Made by a program: the position numbers and the translations under genes. A stretch of 64,000 nt of DNA from the human T2T-CHM13v2.0 reference genome, Homo sapiens. How positions within the stretch are numbered: position 1 is the first letter of the stretch; every line of letters starts with the position of its first letter. Where the stretch lies: the NCBI RefSeq assembly GCF_009914755.1, contig NC_060940.1; one strand, written 5' to 3'. Under the pieces are notes generated by a model. It was not told where the DNA came from, did no database searches, and worked only from the letters and a program-made list of their open reading frames with translations. This document shows, piece by piece, positions 27,780-42,945 of this stretch.

Positions 27780-30700
27780 TGATGATTCCATTCCATTCCA
27801 TTCGATGATTCCGTTTGATTCCATTCGATGATTCCCTTCGATTCCATTCTTTGATGATTCCATTCCATTCCATTCAATGATTCCATTCGAATCTATTCCA
27901 TGATGATTCCTTTCGATTCCATTCGCTGATGTTTCCGTTCAATTCCATTCGATGATGATTCCATTCGATTCCATTCATTGAGGATTCCATTTGATTCCAT
28001 TCAATGATGATTCCATTCTATTCCATTCAATGATTGCATTCAATTCCATTCAATGATTATCCCATTAGAGTAAACTCAACGATTCCATTCAATACCATTC
28101 GATGATGATTCCTTTTGAGTCCATTCAATGATTTCATTCAAGTCCATTTGATGATTCCTTTCAATTCCATTCTATGATGATTCCATTCGAGTCCATTCGA
28201 TGATTCCATTCGATTGCATTCGATGATTCCATTATATTCCATTCAACGATGATTCCATTCGAGTCCATTCGATGATTCCATTAGAGTACATTTAATGATT
28301 GCTTTGTTTTCAATTCGAAGATGATTACATTCGATTCCATTCTATGATACCATTCGATTCCATTCAATGATGATTCCTCTCAAATCCATTGGATGATTCC
28401 ATTCGTGTCCATTCGGTGATTTCATTAGATTCCATTCGAGGATGATTCCATTCGATTCCATTCGATGATTCCATTCAATTCCATTCGATGATGATTCCAT
28501 TCCAGTCCATATGATCATTCCATTTGATTTCATTCGATGATGATTCCATTCGATTCCATTCGATGATTCCATTCTATTCCATTCGATGATGATTCCATTC
28601 GAGTCCATTCGATGATTCCATTCGAGTCCATTTAATGATTCCATTGGGTTCAATTCAATGATGATTACATTGGATTCCGTTCTATGATTCCATTCAATTC
28701 CGTTCATTGACTATTTGATTCCATTCGATGATGATTCCATTTGAGTTCATTCGATGATTCTATTCGATTCTCTTCGATGGTGATTCAATTCTATTATATT
28801 GGATGATTCCATTCGATTCCATTTGATGTTGATTTAATTCGATTCTATTCGATGATGATTCCATTGGATTTCACTTGATGATTCTATTCGATTCCATTCA
28901 ATGATGATTCACTTCTCGTCCATTGGATGATTCCATTTCATTCCATTCGATGATGATTCCATTCGATTCCATTCGATGATTCCATTTGATTCCATGCGTC
29001 GGTGAGCAATTCGATTCAATTCCATGATGATTCTATTTGATTCAATTAGATGATGTTTCCATTCGAATCCATTCCATGATTATTCCATTGGAATCCATTC
29101 GGTGATGATTCCATATGAGTCAATTCAATGATGATTCCATATGGGTCCGTTCGATGATAATTCCATTTGATTTCATTCGGTACTTCTATTCAATTCCAGT
29201 CGATGATGATTCCGTTGGAGTCCATACGATGATTCCATTTGATTTCATTTGATGATGATTCCATTCGATGATGATTACATTGGATTCCATTCTATGATTC
29301 CATTCAATTCCATTCGTTGATGATTCGATTCCATTCAATGATGATTCTATTTGAGTTCATTCAATGATTCTATTCGATTCCGTTCGATGGTGATTCAATT
29401 CTCTTATATTGGATGAATCCACTCGATACCATTTGATGATTATTCCATTGGAGTCCACTTAGTGAATCCTTCAGATTCTACTCGAAGATGATTCCATTCA
29501 AGTCCATTCGATGATACCATTCAATTCCATTCGTTGATGCTTCCATTCAAGTGCATTCGATGATATCATTCGATTCCATTTGATGATAATTCCATTTGAT
29601 TCCATGCGATGATTCTATTCGATTCCATTCAATGATAATTCCATTCAGTTCAGTGATTCCTCTGGACTCCATTTGATGATGATTCCATTGAATGATTCCA
29701 TTTGATTCTATTCGAAAATGATTCCATTTGAATCCATTTGATGATGATTCCATTAGATTCCATTTGATGATTCCATTCGATTCCATGCGACGATGATTCC
29801 ATTCGATTCCATTTGATGATTCCATTCTATTCTATTCGATGATGATTCCATTCGATTCCATTCGATGATGATTGGATTCGATTCCATTTGATGATTTCAT
29901 TTGATTCCATTCGTTAATGATTTCGATCAATTCCATTCGATGATTCCATTCGATTCCATTCGATAATGATTACATCCGTGTCCATTCAATGATTCCATTT
30001 GAGCCTGTTCGATAATTCCATTTGTGTCCAACCAATGATTCCATTCATTTCCATTCAATGATTCCATTCGAGTCCATTTGATCATTCCGGTAGGGTCCAT
30101 TCGATGTTGATTCCATTGGAGTGCATTCGATGATTCCATTCGAGTCCATTTTAGGATTTGATTCGAGTCCTTTCGATGATTCCATTCGATTCCACTCGAT
30201 GATGATTTCATTCGAGTCCATTCGACACTTCCAATCGATTCCATTTGATGTTTCCATTCGAGTCCAATTGATGATTCCATTCAATTCCATTCGATGATGA
30301 TTCCGTACGATTCCATTCTGTGATGATTCCCTGTGATTCCATTCAATGATGATTCCTTTAGATTGCATTCGATTGTGATTCATTTCGTCTTCATTCTATG
30401 GTTCCACAGGTTTCCATTCGTGTCCATTCCATTATTCCATTCTATTCCATTTGATGATGATTCCATTCGATTCCATTCATTGGTGATTCCACTCAATTCC
30501 ATTCAATGATTCCATTCCATTTCTTTCAACAATGATTCCATTAGTTTCTAATCGATGATCCACTTGATTCCATTTGACGACGATTCCATTCTTGTCCATT
30601 CGATGATTCCATTTGATTCCATATGATGATGATTCCATTCGATTCCATACCATGATGATTCCATTCGAGTCCATTCAATGGTGATTCCATTCAATTCCAT

Positions 30701-33700
30701 TCGATGATTCCTTTCGATTCCATTCGATGATGATGGCATTCGATTCCTTTCAATCATTCCCTTTGATTCCATTCAAAGGTGATTTCATTCAAGTCCATTC
30801 GATAATTGCATTCGATTCCATTCTATGATGATTCCATTCGAGTCCATTTGATGATTCCATTCAATTCAAGTCAATGATGATTCCATTCGATTCCATTCGA
30901 TGATTCCATTGGATTCCATTCGATGATGATTCCATTCAAATCCATTCGATAATTCAATTCAAGTCCATTCGATGATGATTAAAATCGAATCCATTCAAAG
31001 ATTCCATTCAGTTCCATTCGATGATTCCCTTAGATTCCATTCGATGATTCCACTTGATTTCATTTACGATGATTCCATTCGATTCCACGTGATGATTCCA
31101 TTCAATTCTATTCAATGCTGTTTCCATTTGATTCCATTCGACCATGATTGCCTTTGATTCCATTCAATGACTCCATTCGGTTCCTTTTGATGATGATTCC
31201 GTTCGATTCCATTTGATGATTCCATTTGATTCCATTGGATGAGTCCATTCGATTACATTCGATGATTATTCCATTCGAGTGCATTAGATGATTCCATTCG
31301 AGTCCATTCGATGATTCCATTCGATTCCATTCGATGTTGATTCTGTTCAAATCCATTCGATGATTCCACTCGATTCCATTCGATGACTCCAGTTGATCCC
31401 ATTCGATGATTTCCTTTGATTCCCTTTGATGATCATTCCATTTGATTCAATTCGGTGATTTCATTTGATTCCATTCAGTGATGTTTCCATTCGACTCCAT
31501 TCGATGATGATTCCATTCGACTCCATTCGATTATGATTTCATTCAATTCCATTCGATAATGATTCCCTTCGAGTCCATTCGATGATTCCATTCGATTCCA
31601 TTCAACGATGATTTGATTCGTGTCCATTCGATGATTCCATTTGATTCCACTTGATGATGATTCCATTCGAGTCCATTTGATGATTCCATTCAATTCCATT
31701 CTCCGATGATTTCTTTTGAGCCCATTCAATGCTTCCACTCGATTCCATATGATGATGACTCCATTCGATGAAATTCGATGATGATTCCCTTTGATTCCAT
31801 TCAAAGATGATTCCATTCTAGCCCATTCAATCATTCCATTCGATTCTATTCAATGATGATTCCATTCATGTCGATTTGGTGATTCCATTTGACTTCATTT
31901 GATGATGATTCCTTTCAAGTTCATTAGATGATTCCATTCGATTCCATTTGATGATGATCCCATTCGAGTCCATTCAGTGATTCCACTCGTTTCCATTCCA
32001 TGATGATTCCATTCCATTCCATTCAATGATTCCATTCGATTCCGTTTGATGATGATTTCATTCGAGTCCATTTGATGATTCCATTTGATTCCATTCGATG
32101 ATGATTCCATTCGAGTCCATTCGATGATTCTATTCGAATCCATTTGATGATTTCTTTTGATTATAGTTGGTGATGATTCCATTGGAGTCCATTCAATGAT
32201 TCCATTCGATTCCAATCGATGGTGATTCCATTAGAGTCCATTTAATGATTCCATTTGATTCCAGTCTCTGATGATTACATTCGAGTCCATACGATGATTC
32301 CACTCAATTCCATATGATGATGATTCCATTCGATTCCATTCGATGATTCCATTCTATTCTATTCAATGGTGATTCCATTCGAGTACATTAGATGATTCCA
32401 TTCGATTCCATTCAATGATGATTCTATTTGTGTCCCTTAGATGATTCCACATGATTCCATTAGATGATGATACTATTTGAGCCCATCCAATGATTCCCTT
32501 CGATTCCATTCGATGAGGATTCCATTCGATTCAATTCATTGGTGATTGTATTCAATTCAATTCTTTGATTCCATTCCATTCCATTCGACAATGATTCCAT
32601 TCGATTTCTTTCGATGATTCCACTCGATTCCACTTGACATTGATTCCCTTCGATTCCATTCAATGATTCCATTTGATTCCAGTGGATGATGATTGCCATC
32701 GATTCCATTCGATCACTCCATTCTATTCCATTTGATGATGATTACATTCGATTCCATTTGACGATTCCATCTGATTCTATTCGAGGATTCCATTTGATTC
32801 CATTCGATGATGATTCCATTCGAGTCCATTCGATGATTTCATTCGAGTACATCCAATGATTCCATTCGAGTCCATTTGATGATTCCATTTGATTCCATTT
32901 GATAATGATTCTACTAGAGTCCATTCAATGACTCCATTGGAGTCCATTCAACAATTCCATTCGACTCCATTTGATGATTCCATTCGATTCCATTTGATGA
33001 TTCCATTCGAGTCCATTTAATCATTACAGTCGAGTCCATTTGGTGATTCCACCGGATTTCTTTTGATAATGATACCATTCAAATACATTTGATGATGATC
33101 CCATTCAATTTCATTTGATGATGATTCCATTAGAGTCCATTCGATGATTTCATTCGAGTCCCTTCATTGATTCCATCCGATTTCATTGGATGATGACTCC
33201 ATTCGAGTCCATTCGATGATTCCACTCGATTCCATTAGATGATTCCATTGGAGTCCATTTGATTGTTCCATTCGATTCCATTCAATTCCTTTCGAAGATT
33301 ATTCCATTTGAGTCCATTCGACGATGATTCCATTCCATTCCATTCGATGATTCCGTTTGATTCCATTCGATGATTCCCTTCGATTCCTTTCTTTGATGAT
33401 TCCATTCCATTCCATTCAATGATTCCATTCGAATCTATTCCATGATGATTCCTTTCGATTCCATTCGCTGATGTTTCCGTTCAATTCCATTCGATGATGA
33501 TTCCATTCGATTCCATTCATTGAGGATTCCATTTGATTCCATTCAATGATGATTCCGTTCTATTCCATTCAATGATTGCATTCAATTCCATTCAATGATT
33601 ATCCCCTTAGAGTAAACTCAACGATTCCATTCAATACCATTCGATGATGATTCCTTTTGAGTCCATTCAATGATTTCATTCAAGTCCATTTGATGATTCC

Positions 33701-36700
33701 TTTCAATTCCATTCTATGATGATTCCATTCGAGTCCATTCGATGATTCCATTCGATTGCATTCGATGATTCCATTATATTCCAGTCAACGATGATTCCAT
33801 TCGAGTCCATTCGATGATTCCATTAGAGTACATTTAATGATTGCTTTGTTTTCAATTCGAAGATGATTACATTGGATTCCATTCTATGATACCATTCGAT
33901 TCCATTCAATGATGATTCCACTCAAATCCATTGGATGATTCCATTCGTGTCCATTCGGTGATTTCATTAGATTCCATTCGAGGATGATTCCATTCGATTC
34001 CATTCGATGATTCCATTCAATTCCATTCGATGATGATTCCATTCCAGTCCATATGATCATTCCATTTGATTTCATTCGATGATGATTCCATTCGATTCCA
34101 TTCGATGATTCCATTCTATTCCATTCGATGATGATTCCATTCGAGTCCATTCGATGATTCCATTCGAGTCCATTTAATGATTCCATTGGGTTCAATTCAA
34201 TGATGATTACATTGGATTCCGTTCTATGATTCCATTCAATTCCGTTCATAGACAATTTGATTCCATTCGATGATGATTCCATTTGAGTTCATTCGATGAT
34301 TCTATTCGATTCTCTTCGATGGTGATTCAATTCTATTATATTGGATGATTCCATTCGATTCCATTTGATGTTGATTCAATTCGATTCTATTCGATGATGA
34401 TTCCATTGGATTTCACTTGATGATTCTATTCGATTCCATTCAATGATGATTCACTTCTCGTCCATTGGATGATTCCATTTCATTCCATTCGATGATGATT
34501 CCATTCGATTCCATTCGATGATTCCATTTGATTCCATGCGACGGTGAGCAATTCGATTCAATTCCATGATGATTCTATTTGATTCAATTAGATGATGTTT
34601 CCATTCGAATCCATTCCATGATTATTCCATTGGAATCCATTTGGCGATGATTCCATATGAGTCAATTCAATGATGATTCCATATGGGTCCGTTCGATGAT
34701 AATTCCATTTGATTTCATTCGATGCTTCTATTCTATTCCAGTCGATGATGATTCCGTTGGAGTCCATACGATGATTCCATTTGATTTCATTTGATGATGA
34801 TTCCATTCGATGATGATTACATTGGATTCCATTCTATGATTCCATTCGATTCCATTCGTTGATGATTCGATTCCATTCAATGATGATTCCATTTGAGTTC
34901 ATTCGATGATTCTATTCGATTCCGTTCGATGGTGATTCAATTCTATTATATAGGATGATTCCACTCGATTCCATTTGATGATTATTCCATTGGAGTCCAC
35001 TTAGTGAATCCTTTAGATTCTACTCGAAGATGATTCCATTCGAGTCCATTCGATGATACCATTCAATTCCATTCGTTGATGCTTCCATTCAAGTGCATTC
35101 GATGATATCATTCGATTCCATTTGATGATAATTCCATTTGATTCCATGCGATGATTCTATTCGATTCCATTCAATGATAATTCCATTCAATTCAGTGATT
35201 CCTCTGGACTCCATTTGATGATGATTCCATTCAATGATTCCATTCGATTCTATTCCAAAATGATTCCATTTGAATCCATTTGATGATGATTCCATTAGAT
35301 TCCATTTGATGATTCCATTCGATTCCATTTGACGATGATTCCATTCGATTCCATTTGATGATTCCATTCCATTCCATTCGATGATTCCGTTTGATTCCAT
35401 TCGATGATTCCCTTCGATTCCATTCTTTGATGATTCCATTCCATTCCATTCAATGATTCCATTCGAATCTATTCCATGATGATTCCTTTCGATTCCATTC
35501 GCTGATGTTTCCGTTCAATTCCATTCGATGATGATTCCATTCGATTCCATTCATTGAGGATTCCATTTGATTCCATTCAATGATGATTCCATTCTATTCC
35601 ATTCAATGATTGCATTCAATTCCATTCAATGATTATCCCATTAGAGTAAACTCAACGATTCCATTCAATACCATTCGATGATGATTCCTTTTGAGTCCAT
35701 TCAATGATTTCATTCAAGTCCATTTGATGATTCCTTTCAATTCCATTCTATGATGATTCCATTCGAGTCCATTCGATGATTCCATTCGATTGCATTCGAT
35801 GATTCCATTATATTCCATTCAACGATGATTCCATTCGAGTCCATTCGATGATTCCATTAGAGTACATTTAATGATTGCTTTGTTTTCAATTCGAAGATGA
35901 TTACATTCGATTCCATTCTATGATACCATTCGATTCCATTCAATGATGATTCCTCTCAAATCCATTGGATGATTCCATTCGTGTCCATTCGGTGATTTCA
36001 TTAGATTCCATTCGAGGATGATTCCATTCGATTCCATTCGATGATTCCATTCAATTCCATTCGATGATGATTCCATTCCAGTCCATATGATCATTCCATT
36101 TGATTTCATTCGATGATGATTCCATTCGATTCCATTCGATGATTCCATTCTATTCCATTCGATGATGATTCCATTCGAGTCCATTCGATGATTCCATTCG
36201 AGTCCATTTAATGATTCCATTGGGTTCAATTCAATGATGATTACATTGGATTCCATTCTATGATTCCATTCAATTCCGTTCATTGACTATTTGATTCCAT
36301 TCGATGATGATTCCATTTGAGTTCATTCGATGATTCTATTCGATTCTCTTCGATGGTGATTCAATTCTATTATATTGGATGATTCCATTCGATTCCATTT
36401 GATGTTGATTTAATTCGATTCTATTCGATGATGATTCCATTGGATTTCACTTGATGATTCTATTCGATTCCATTCAATGATGATTCACTTCTCGTCCATT
36501 GGATGATTCCATTTCATTCCATTCGATGATGATTCCATTCGATTCCATTCGATGATTCCATTTGATTCCATGCGTCGGTGAGCAATTCGATTCAATTCCA
36601 TGATGATTCTATTTGATTCAATTAGATGATGTTTCCATTCGAATCCATTCCATGATTATTCCATTGGAATCCATTCGGTGATGATTCCATATGAGTCAAT

Positions 36701-39700
36701 TCAATGATGATTCCATATGGGTCCGTTCGATGATAATTCCATTTGATTTCATTCGGTACTTCTATTCAATTCCAGTCGATGATGATTCCGTTGGAGTCCA
36801 TACGATGATTCCATTTGATTTCATTTGATGATGATTCCATTCGATGATGATTACATTGGATTCCATTCTATGATTCCATTCAATTCCATTCGTTGATGAT
36901 TCGATTCCATTCAATGATGATTCTATTTGAGTTCATTCAATGATTCTATTCGATTCCGTTCGATGGTGATTCAATTCTCTTATATTGGATGAATCCACTC
37001 GATACCATTTGATGATTATTCCATTGGAGTCCACTTAGTGAATCCTTCAGATTCTACTCGAAGATGATTCCATTCAAGTCCATTCGATGATACCATTCAA
37101 TTCCATTCGTTGATGCTTCCATTCAAGTGCATTCGATGATATCATTCGATTCCATTTGATGATAATTCCATTTGATTCCATGCGATGATTCTATTCGATT
37201 CCATTCAATGATAATTCCATTCAGTTCAGTGATTCCTCTGGACTCCATTTGATGATGATTCCATTGAATGATTCCATTTGATTCTATTCGAAAATGATTC
37301 CATTTGAATCCATTTGATGATGATTCCATTAGATTCCATTTGATGATTCCATTCGATTCCATGCGACGATGATTCCATTCGATTCCATTTGATGATTCCA
37401 TTCTATTCTATTCGATGATGATTCCATTCGATTCCATTCGATGATGATTGGATTCGATTCCATTTGATGATTTCATTTGATTCCATTCGTTAATGATTTC
37501 GATCAATTCCATTCGATGATTCCATTCGATTCCATTCGATAATGATTACATCCGTGTCCATTCAATGATTCCATTTGAGCCTGTTCGATAATTCCATTTG
37601 TGTCCAACCAATGATTCCATTCATTTCCATTCAATGATTCCATTCGAGTCCATTTGATCATTCCGGTAGGGTCCATTCGATGTTGATTCCATTGGAGTGC
37701 ATTCGATGATTCCATTCGAGTCCATTTTATGATTTGATTCGAGTCCTTTCGATGATTCCATTCGATTCCACTCGATGATGATTTCATTCGAGTCCATTCG
37801 ACACTTCCAATCGATTCCATTTGATGTTTCCATTCGAGTCCAATTGATGATTCCATTCAATTCCATTCGATGATGATTCCGTACGATTCCATTCTGTGAT
37901 GATTCCCTGTGATTCCATTCAATGATGATTCCTTTAGATTGCATTCGATTGTGATTCATTTCGTCTTCATTCTATGGTTCCACAGGTTTCCATTCGTGTC
38001 CATTCCATTATTCCATTCTATTCCATTTGATGATGATTCCATTCGATTCCATTCATTGGTGATTCCACTCAATTCCATTCAATGATTCCATTCCATTTCT
38101 TTCAACAATGATTCCATTAGTTTCTAATCGATGATCCACTTGATTCCATTTGACGACGATTCCATTCTTGTCCATTCGATGATTCCATTTGATTCCATAT
38201 GATGATGATTCCATTCGATTCCATACCATGATGATTCCATTCGAGTCCATTCAATGGTGATTCCATTCAATTCCATTCGATGATTCCTTTCGATTCCATT
38301 CGATGATGATGGCATTCGATTCCTTTCAATCATTCCCTTTGATTCCATTCAAAGGTGATTTCATTCAAGTCCATTCGATAATTGCATTCGATTCCATTCT
38401 ATGATGATTCCATTCGAGTCCATTTGATGATTCCATTCAATTCAAGTCAATGATGATTCCATTCGATTCCATTCGATGATTCCATTGGATTCCATTCGAT
38501 GATGATTCCATTCAAATCCATTCGATAATTCAATTCAAGTCCATTCGATGATGATTAAAATCGAATCCATTCAAAGATTCCATTCAGTTCCATTCGATGA
38601 TTCCCTTAGATTCCATTCGATGATTCCACTTGATTTCATTTACGATGATTCCATTCGATTCCACGTGATGATTCCATTCAATTCTATTCAATGCTGTTTC
38701 CATTTGATTCCATTCGACCATGATTGCCTTTGATTCCATTCAATGACTCCATTCGGTTCCTTTTGATGATGATTCCGTTCGATTCCATTTGATGATTCCA
38801 TTTGATTCCATTGGATGAGTCCATTCGATTACATTCGATGATTATTCCATTCGAGTGCATTAGATGATTCCATTCGAGTCCATTCGATGATTCCATTCGA
38901 TTCCATTCGATGTTGATTCTGTTCAAATCCATTCGATGATTCCACTCGATTCCATTCGATGACTCCAGTTGATCCCATTCGATGATTTCCTTTGATTCCC
39001 TTTGATGATCATTCCATTTGATTCAATTCGGTGATTTCATTTGATTCCATTCAGTGATGTTTCCATTCGACTCCATTCGATGATGATTCCATTCGACTCC
39101 ATTCGATTATGATTTCATTCAATTCCATTCGATAATGATTCCCTTCGAGTCCATTCGATGATTCCATTCGATTCCATTCAACGATGATTTGATTCGTGTC
39201 CATTCGATGATTCCATTTGATTCCACTTGATGATGATTCCATTCGAGTCCATTTGATGATTCCATTCAATTCCATTCTCCGATGATTTCTTTTGAGCCCA
39301 TTCAATGCTTCCACTCGATTCCATATGATGATGACTCCATTCGATGAAATTCGATGATGATTCCCTTTGATTCCATTCAAAGATGATTCCATTCTAGCCC
39401 ATTCAATCATTCCATTCGATTCTATTCAATGATGATTCCATTCATGTCGATTTGGTGATTCCATTTGACTTCATTTGATGATGATTCCTTTCAAGTTCAT
39501 TAGATGATTCCATTCGATTCCATTTGATGATGATCCCATTCGAGTCCATTCAGTGATTCCACTCGTTTCCATTCCATGATGATTCCATTCCATTCCATTC
39601 AATGATTCCATTCGATTCCGTTTGATGATGATTTCATTCGAGTCCATTTGATGATTCCATTTGATTCCATTCGATGATGATTCCATTCGAGTCCATTCGA

Positions 39701-42700
39701 TGATTCTATTCGAATCCATTTGATGATTTCTTTTGATTATAGTTGGTGATGATTCCATTGGAGTCCATTCAATGATTCCATTCGATTCCAATCGATGGTG
39801 ATTCCATTAGAGTCCATTTAATGATTCCATTTGATTCCAGTCTCTGATGATTACATTCGAGTCCATACGATGATTCCACTCAATTCCATATGATGATGAT
39901 TCCATTCGATTCCATTCGATGATTCCATTCTATTCTATTCAATGGTGATTCCATTCGAGTACATTAGATGATTCCATTCGATTCCATTCAATGATGATTC
40001 TATTTGTGTCCCTTAGATGATTCCACATGATTCCATTAGATGATGATACTATTTGAGCCCATCCAATGATTCCCTTCGATTCCATTCGATGAGGATTCCA
40101 TTCGATTCAATTCATTGGTGATTGTATTCAATTCAATTCTTTGATTCCATTCCATTCCATTCGACAATGATTCCATTCGATTTCTTTCGATGATTCCACT
40201 CGATTCCACTTGACATTGATTCCCTTCGATTCCATTCAATGATTCCATTTGATTCCAGTGGATGATGATTGCCATCGATTCCATTCGATCACTCCATTCT
40301 ATTCCATTTGATGATGATTACATTCGATTCCATTTGACGATTCCATCTGATTCTATTCGAGGATTCCATTTGATTCCATTCGATGATGATTCCATTCGAG
40401 TCCATTCGATGATTTCATTCGAGTACATCCAATGATTCCATTCGAGTCCATTTGATGATTCCATTTGATTCCATTTGATAATGATTCTACTAGAGTCCAT
40501 TCAATGACTCCATTGGAGTCCATTCAACAATTCCATTCGACTCCATTTGATGATTCCATTCGATTCCATTTGATGATTCCATTCGAGTCCATTTAATCAT
40601 TACAGTCGAGTCCATTTGGTGATTCCACCGGATTTCTTTTGATAATGATACCATTCAAATACATTTGATGATGATCCCATTCAATTTCATTTGATGATGA
40701 TTCCATTAGAGTCCATTCGATGATTTCATTCGAGTCCCTTCATTGATTCCATCCGATTTCATTGGATGATGACTCCATTCGAGTCCATTCGATGATTCCA
40801 CTCGATTCCATTAGATGATTCCATTGGAGTCCATTTGATTGTTCCATTCGATTCCATTCAATTCCTTTCGAAGATTATTCCATTTGAGTCCATTCGACGA
40901 TGATTCCATTCCATTCCATTCGATGATTCCGTTTGATTCCATTCGATGATTCCCTTCGATTCCTTTCTTTGATGATTCCATTCCATTCCATTCAATGATT
41001 CCATTCGAATCTATTCCATGATGATTCCTTTCGATTCCATTCGCTGATGTTTCCGTTCAATTCCATTCGATGATGATTCCATTCGATTCCATTCATTGAG
41101 GATTCCATTTGATTCCATTCAATGATGATTCCGTTCTATTCCATTCAATGATTGCATTCAATTCCATTCAATGATTATCCCCTTAGAGTAAACTCAACGA
41201 TTCCATTCAATACCATTCGATGATGATTCCTTTTGAGTCCATTCAATGATTTCATTCAAGTCCATTTGATGATTCCTTTCAATTCCATTCTATGATGATT
41301 CCATTCGAGTCCATTCGATGATTCCATTCGATTGCATTCGATGATTCCATTATATTCCAGTCAACGATGATTCCATTCGAGTCCATTCGATGATTCCATT
41401 AGAGTACATTTAATGATTGCTTTGTTTTCAATTCGAAGATGATTACATTGGATTCCATTCTATGATACCATTCGATTCCATTCAATGATGATTCCACTCA
41501 AATCCATTGGATGATTCCATTCGTGTCCATTCGGTGATTTCATTAGATTCCATTCGAGGATGATTCCATTCGATTCCATTCGATGATTCCATTCAATTCC
41601 ATTCGATGATGATTCCATTCCAGTCCATATGATCATTCCATTTGATTTCATTCGATGATGATTCCATTCGATTCCATTCGATGATTCCATTCTATTCCAT
41701 TCGATGATGATTCCATTCGAGTCCATTCGATGATTCCATTCGAGTCCATTTAATGATTCCATTGGGTTCAATTCAATGATGATTACATTGGATTCCGTTC
41801 TATGATTCCATTCAATTCCGTTCATAGACAATTTGATTCCATTCGATGATGATTCCATTTGAGTTCATTCGATGATTCTATTCGATTCTCTTCGATGGTG
41901 ATTCAATTCTATTATATTGGATGATTCCATTCGATTCCATTTGATGTTGATTCAATTCGATTCTATTCGATGATGATTCCATTGGATTTCACTTGATGAT
42001 TCTATTCGATTCCATTCAATGATGATTCACTTCTCGTCCATTGGATGATTCCATTTCATTCCATTCGATGATGATTCCATTCGATTCCATTCGATGATTC
42101 CATTTGATTCCATGCGACGGTGAGCAATTCGATTCAATTCCATGATGATTCTATTTGATTCAATTAGATGATGTTTCCATTCGAATCCATTCCATGATTA
42201 TTCCATTGGAATCCATTTGGCGATGATTCCATATGAGTCAATTCAATGATGATTCCATATGGGTCCGTTCGATGATAATTCCATTTGATTTCATTCGATG
42301 CTTCTATTCTATTCCAGTCGATGATGATTCCGTTGGAGTCCATACGATGATTCCATTTGATTTCATTTGATGATGATTCCATTCGATGATGATTACATTG
42401 GATTCCATTCTATGATTCCATTCGATTCCATTCGTTGATGATTCGATTCCATTCAATGATGATTCCATTTGAGTTCATTCGATGATTCTATTCGATTCCG
42501 TTCGATGGTGATTCAATTCTATTATATAGGATGATTCCACTCGATTCCATTTGATGATTATTCCATTGGAGTCCACTTAGTGAATCCTTTAGATTCTACT
42601 CGAAGATGATTCCATTCGAGTCCATTCGATGATACCATTCAATTCCATTCGTTGATGCTTCCATTCAAGTGCATTCGATGATATCATTCGATTCCATTTG

Positions 42701-42945
42701 ATGATAATTCCATTTGATTCCATGCGATGATTCTATTCGATTCCATTCAATGATAATTCCATTCAATTCAGTGATTCCTCTGGACTCCATTTGATGATGA
42801 TTCCATTCAATGATTCCATTCGATTCTATTCCAAAATGATTCCATTTGAATCCATTTGATGATGATTCCATTAGATTCCATTTGATGATTCCATTCGATT
42901 CCATTTGACGATGATTCCATTCGATTCCATTTGATGATTCCATTC
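27780..42945 (+). repeat. 7,576-bp tandem duplication (27780-35355 and 35356-42931)
   Basis: Offsets of 7576: 28342->35918, 29547->37123, 30972->38548, 33884->41460, 35089->42665. Junction microhomology TGATGATTCCATTC at 35356. Confidence 0.93.
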
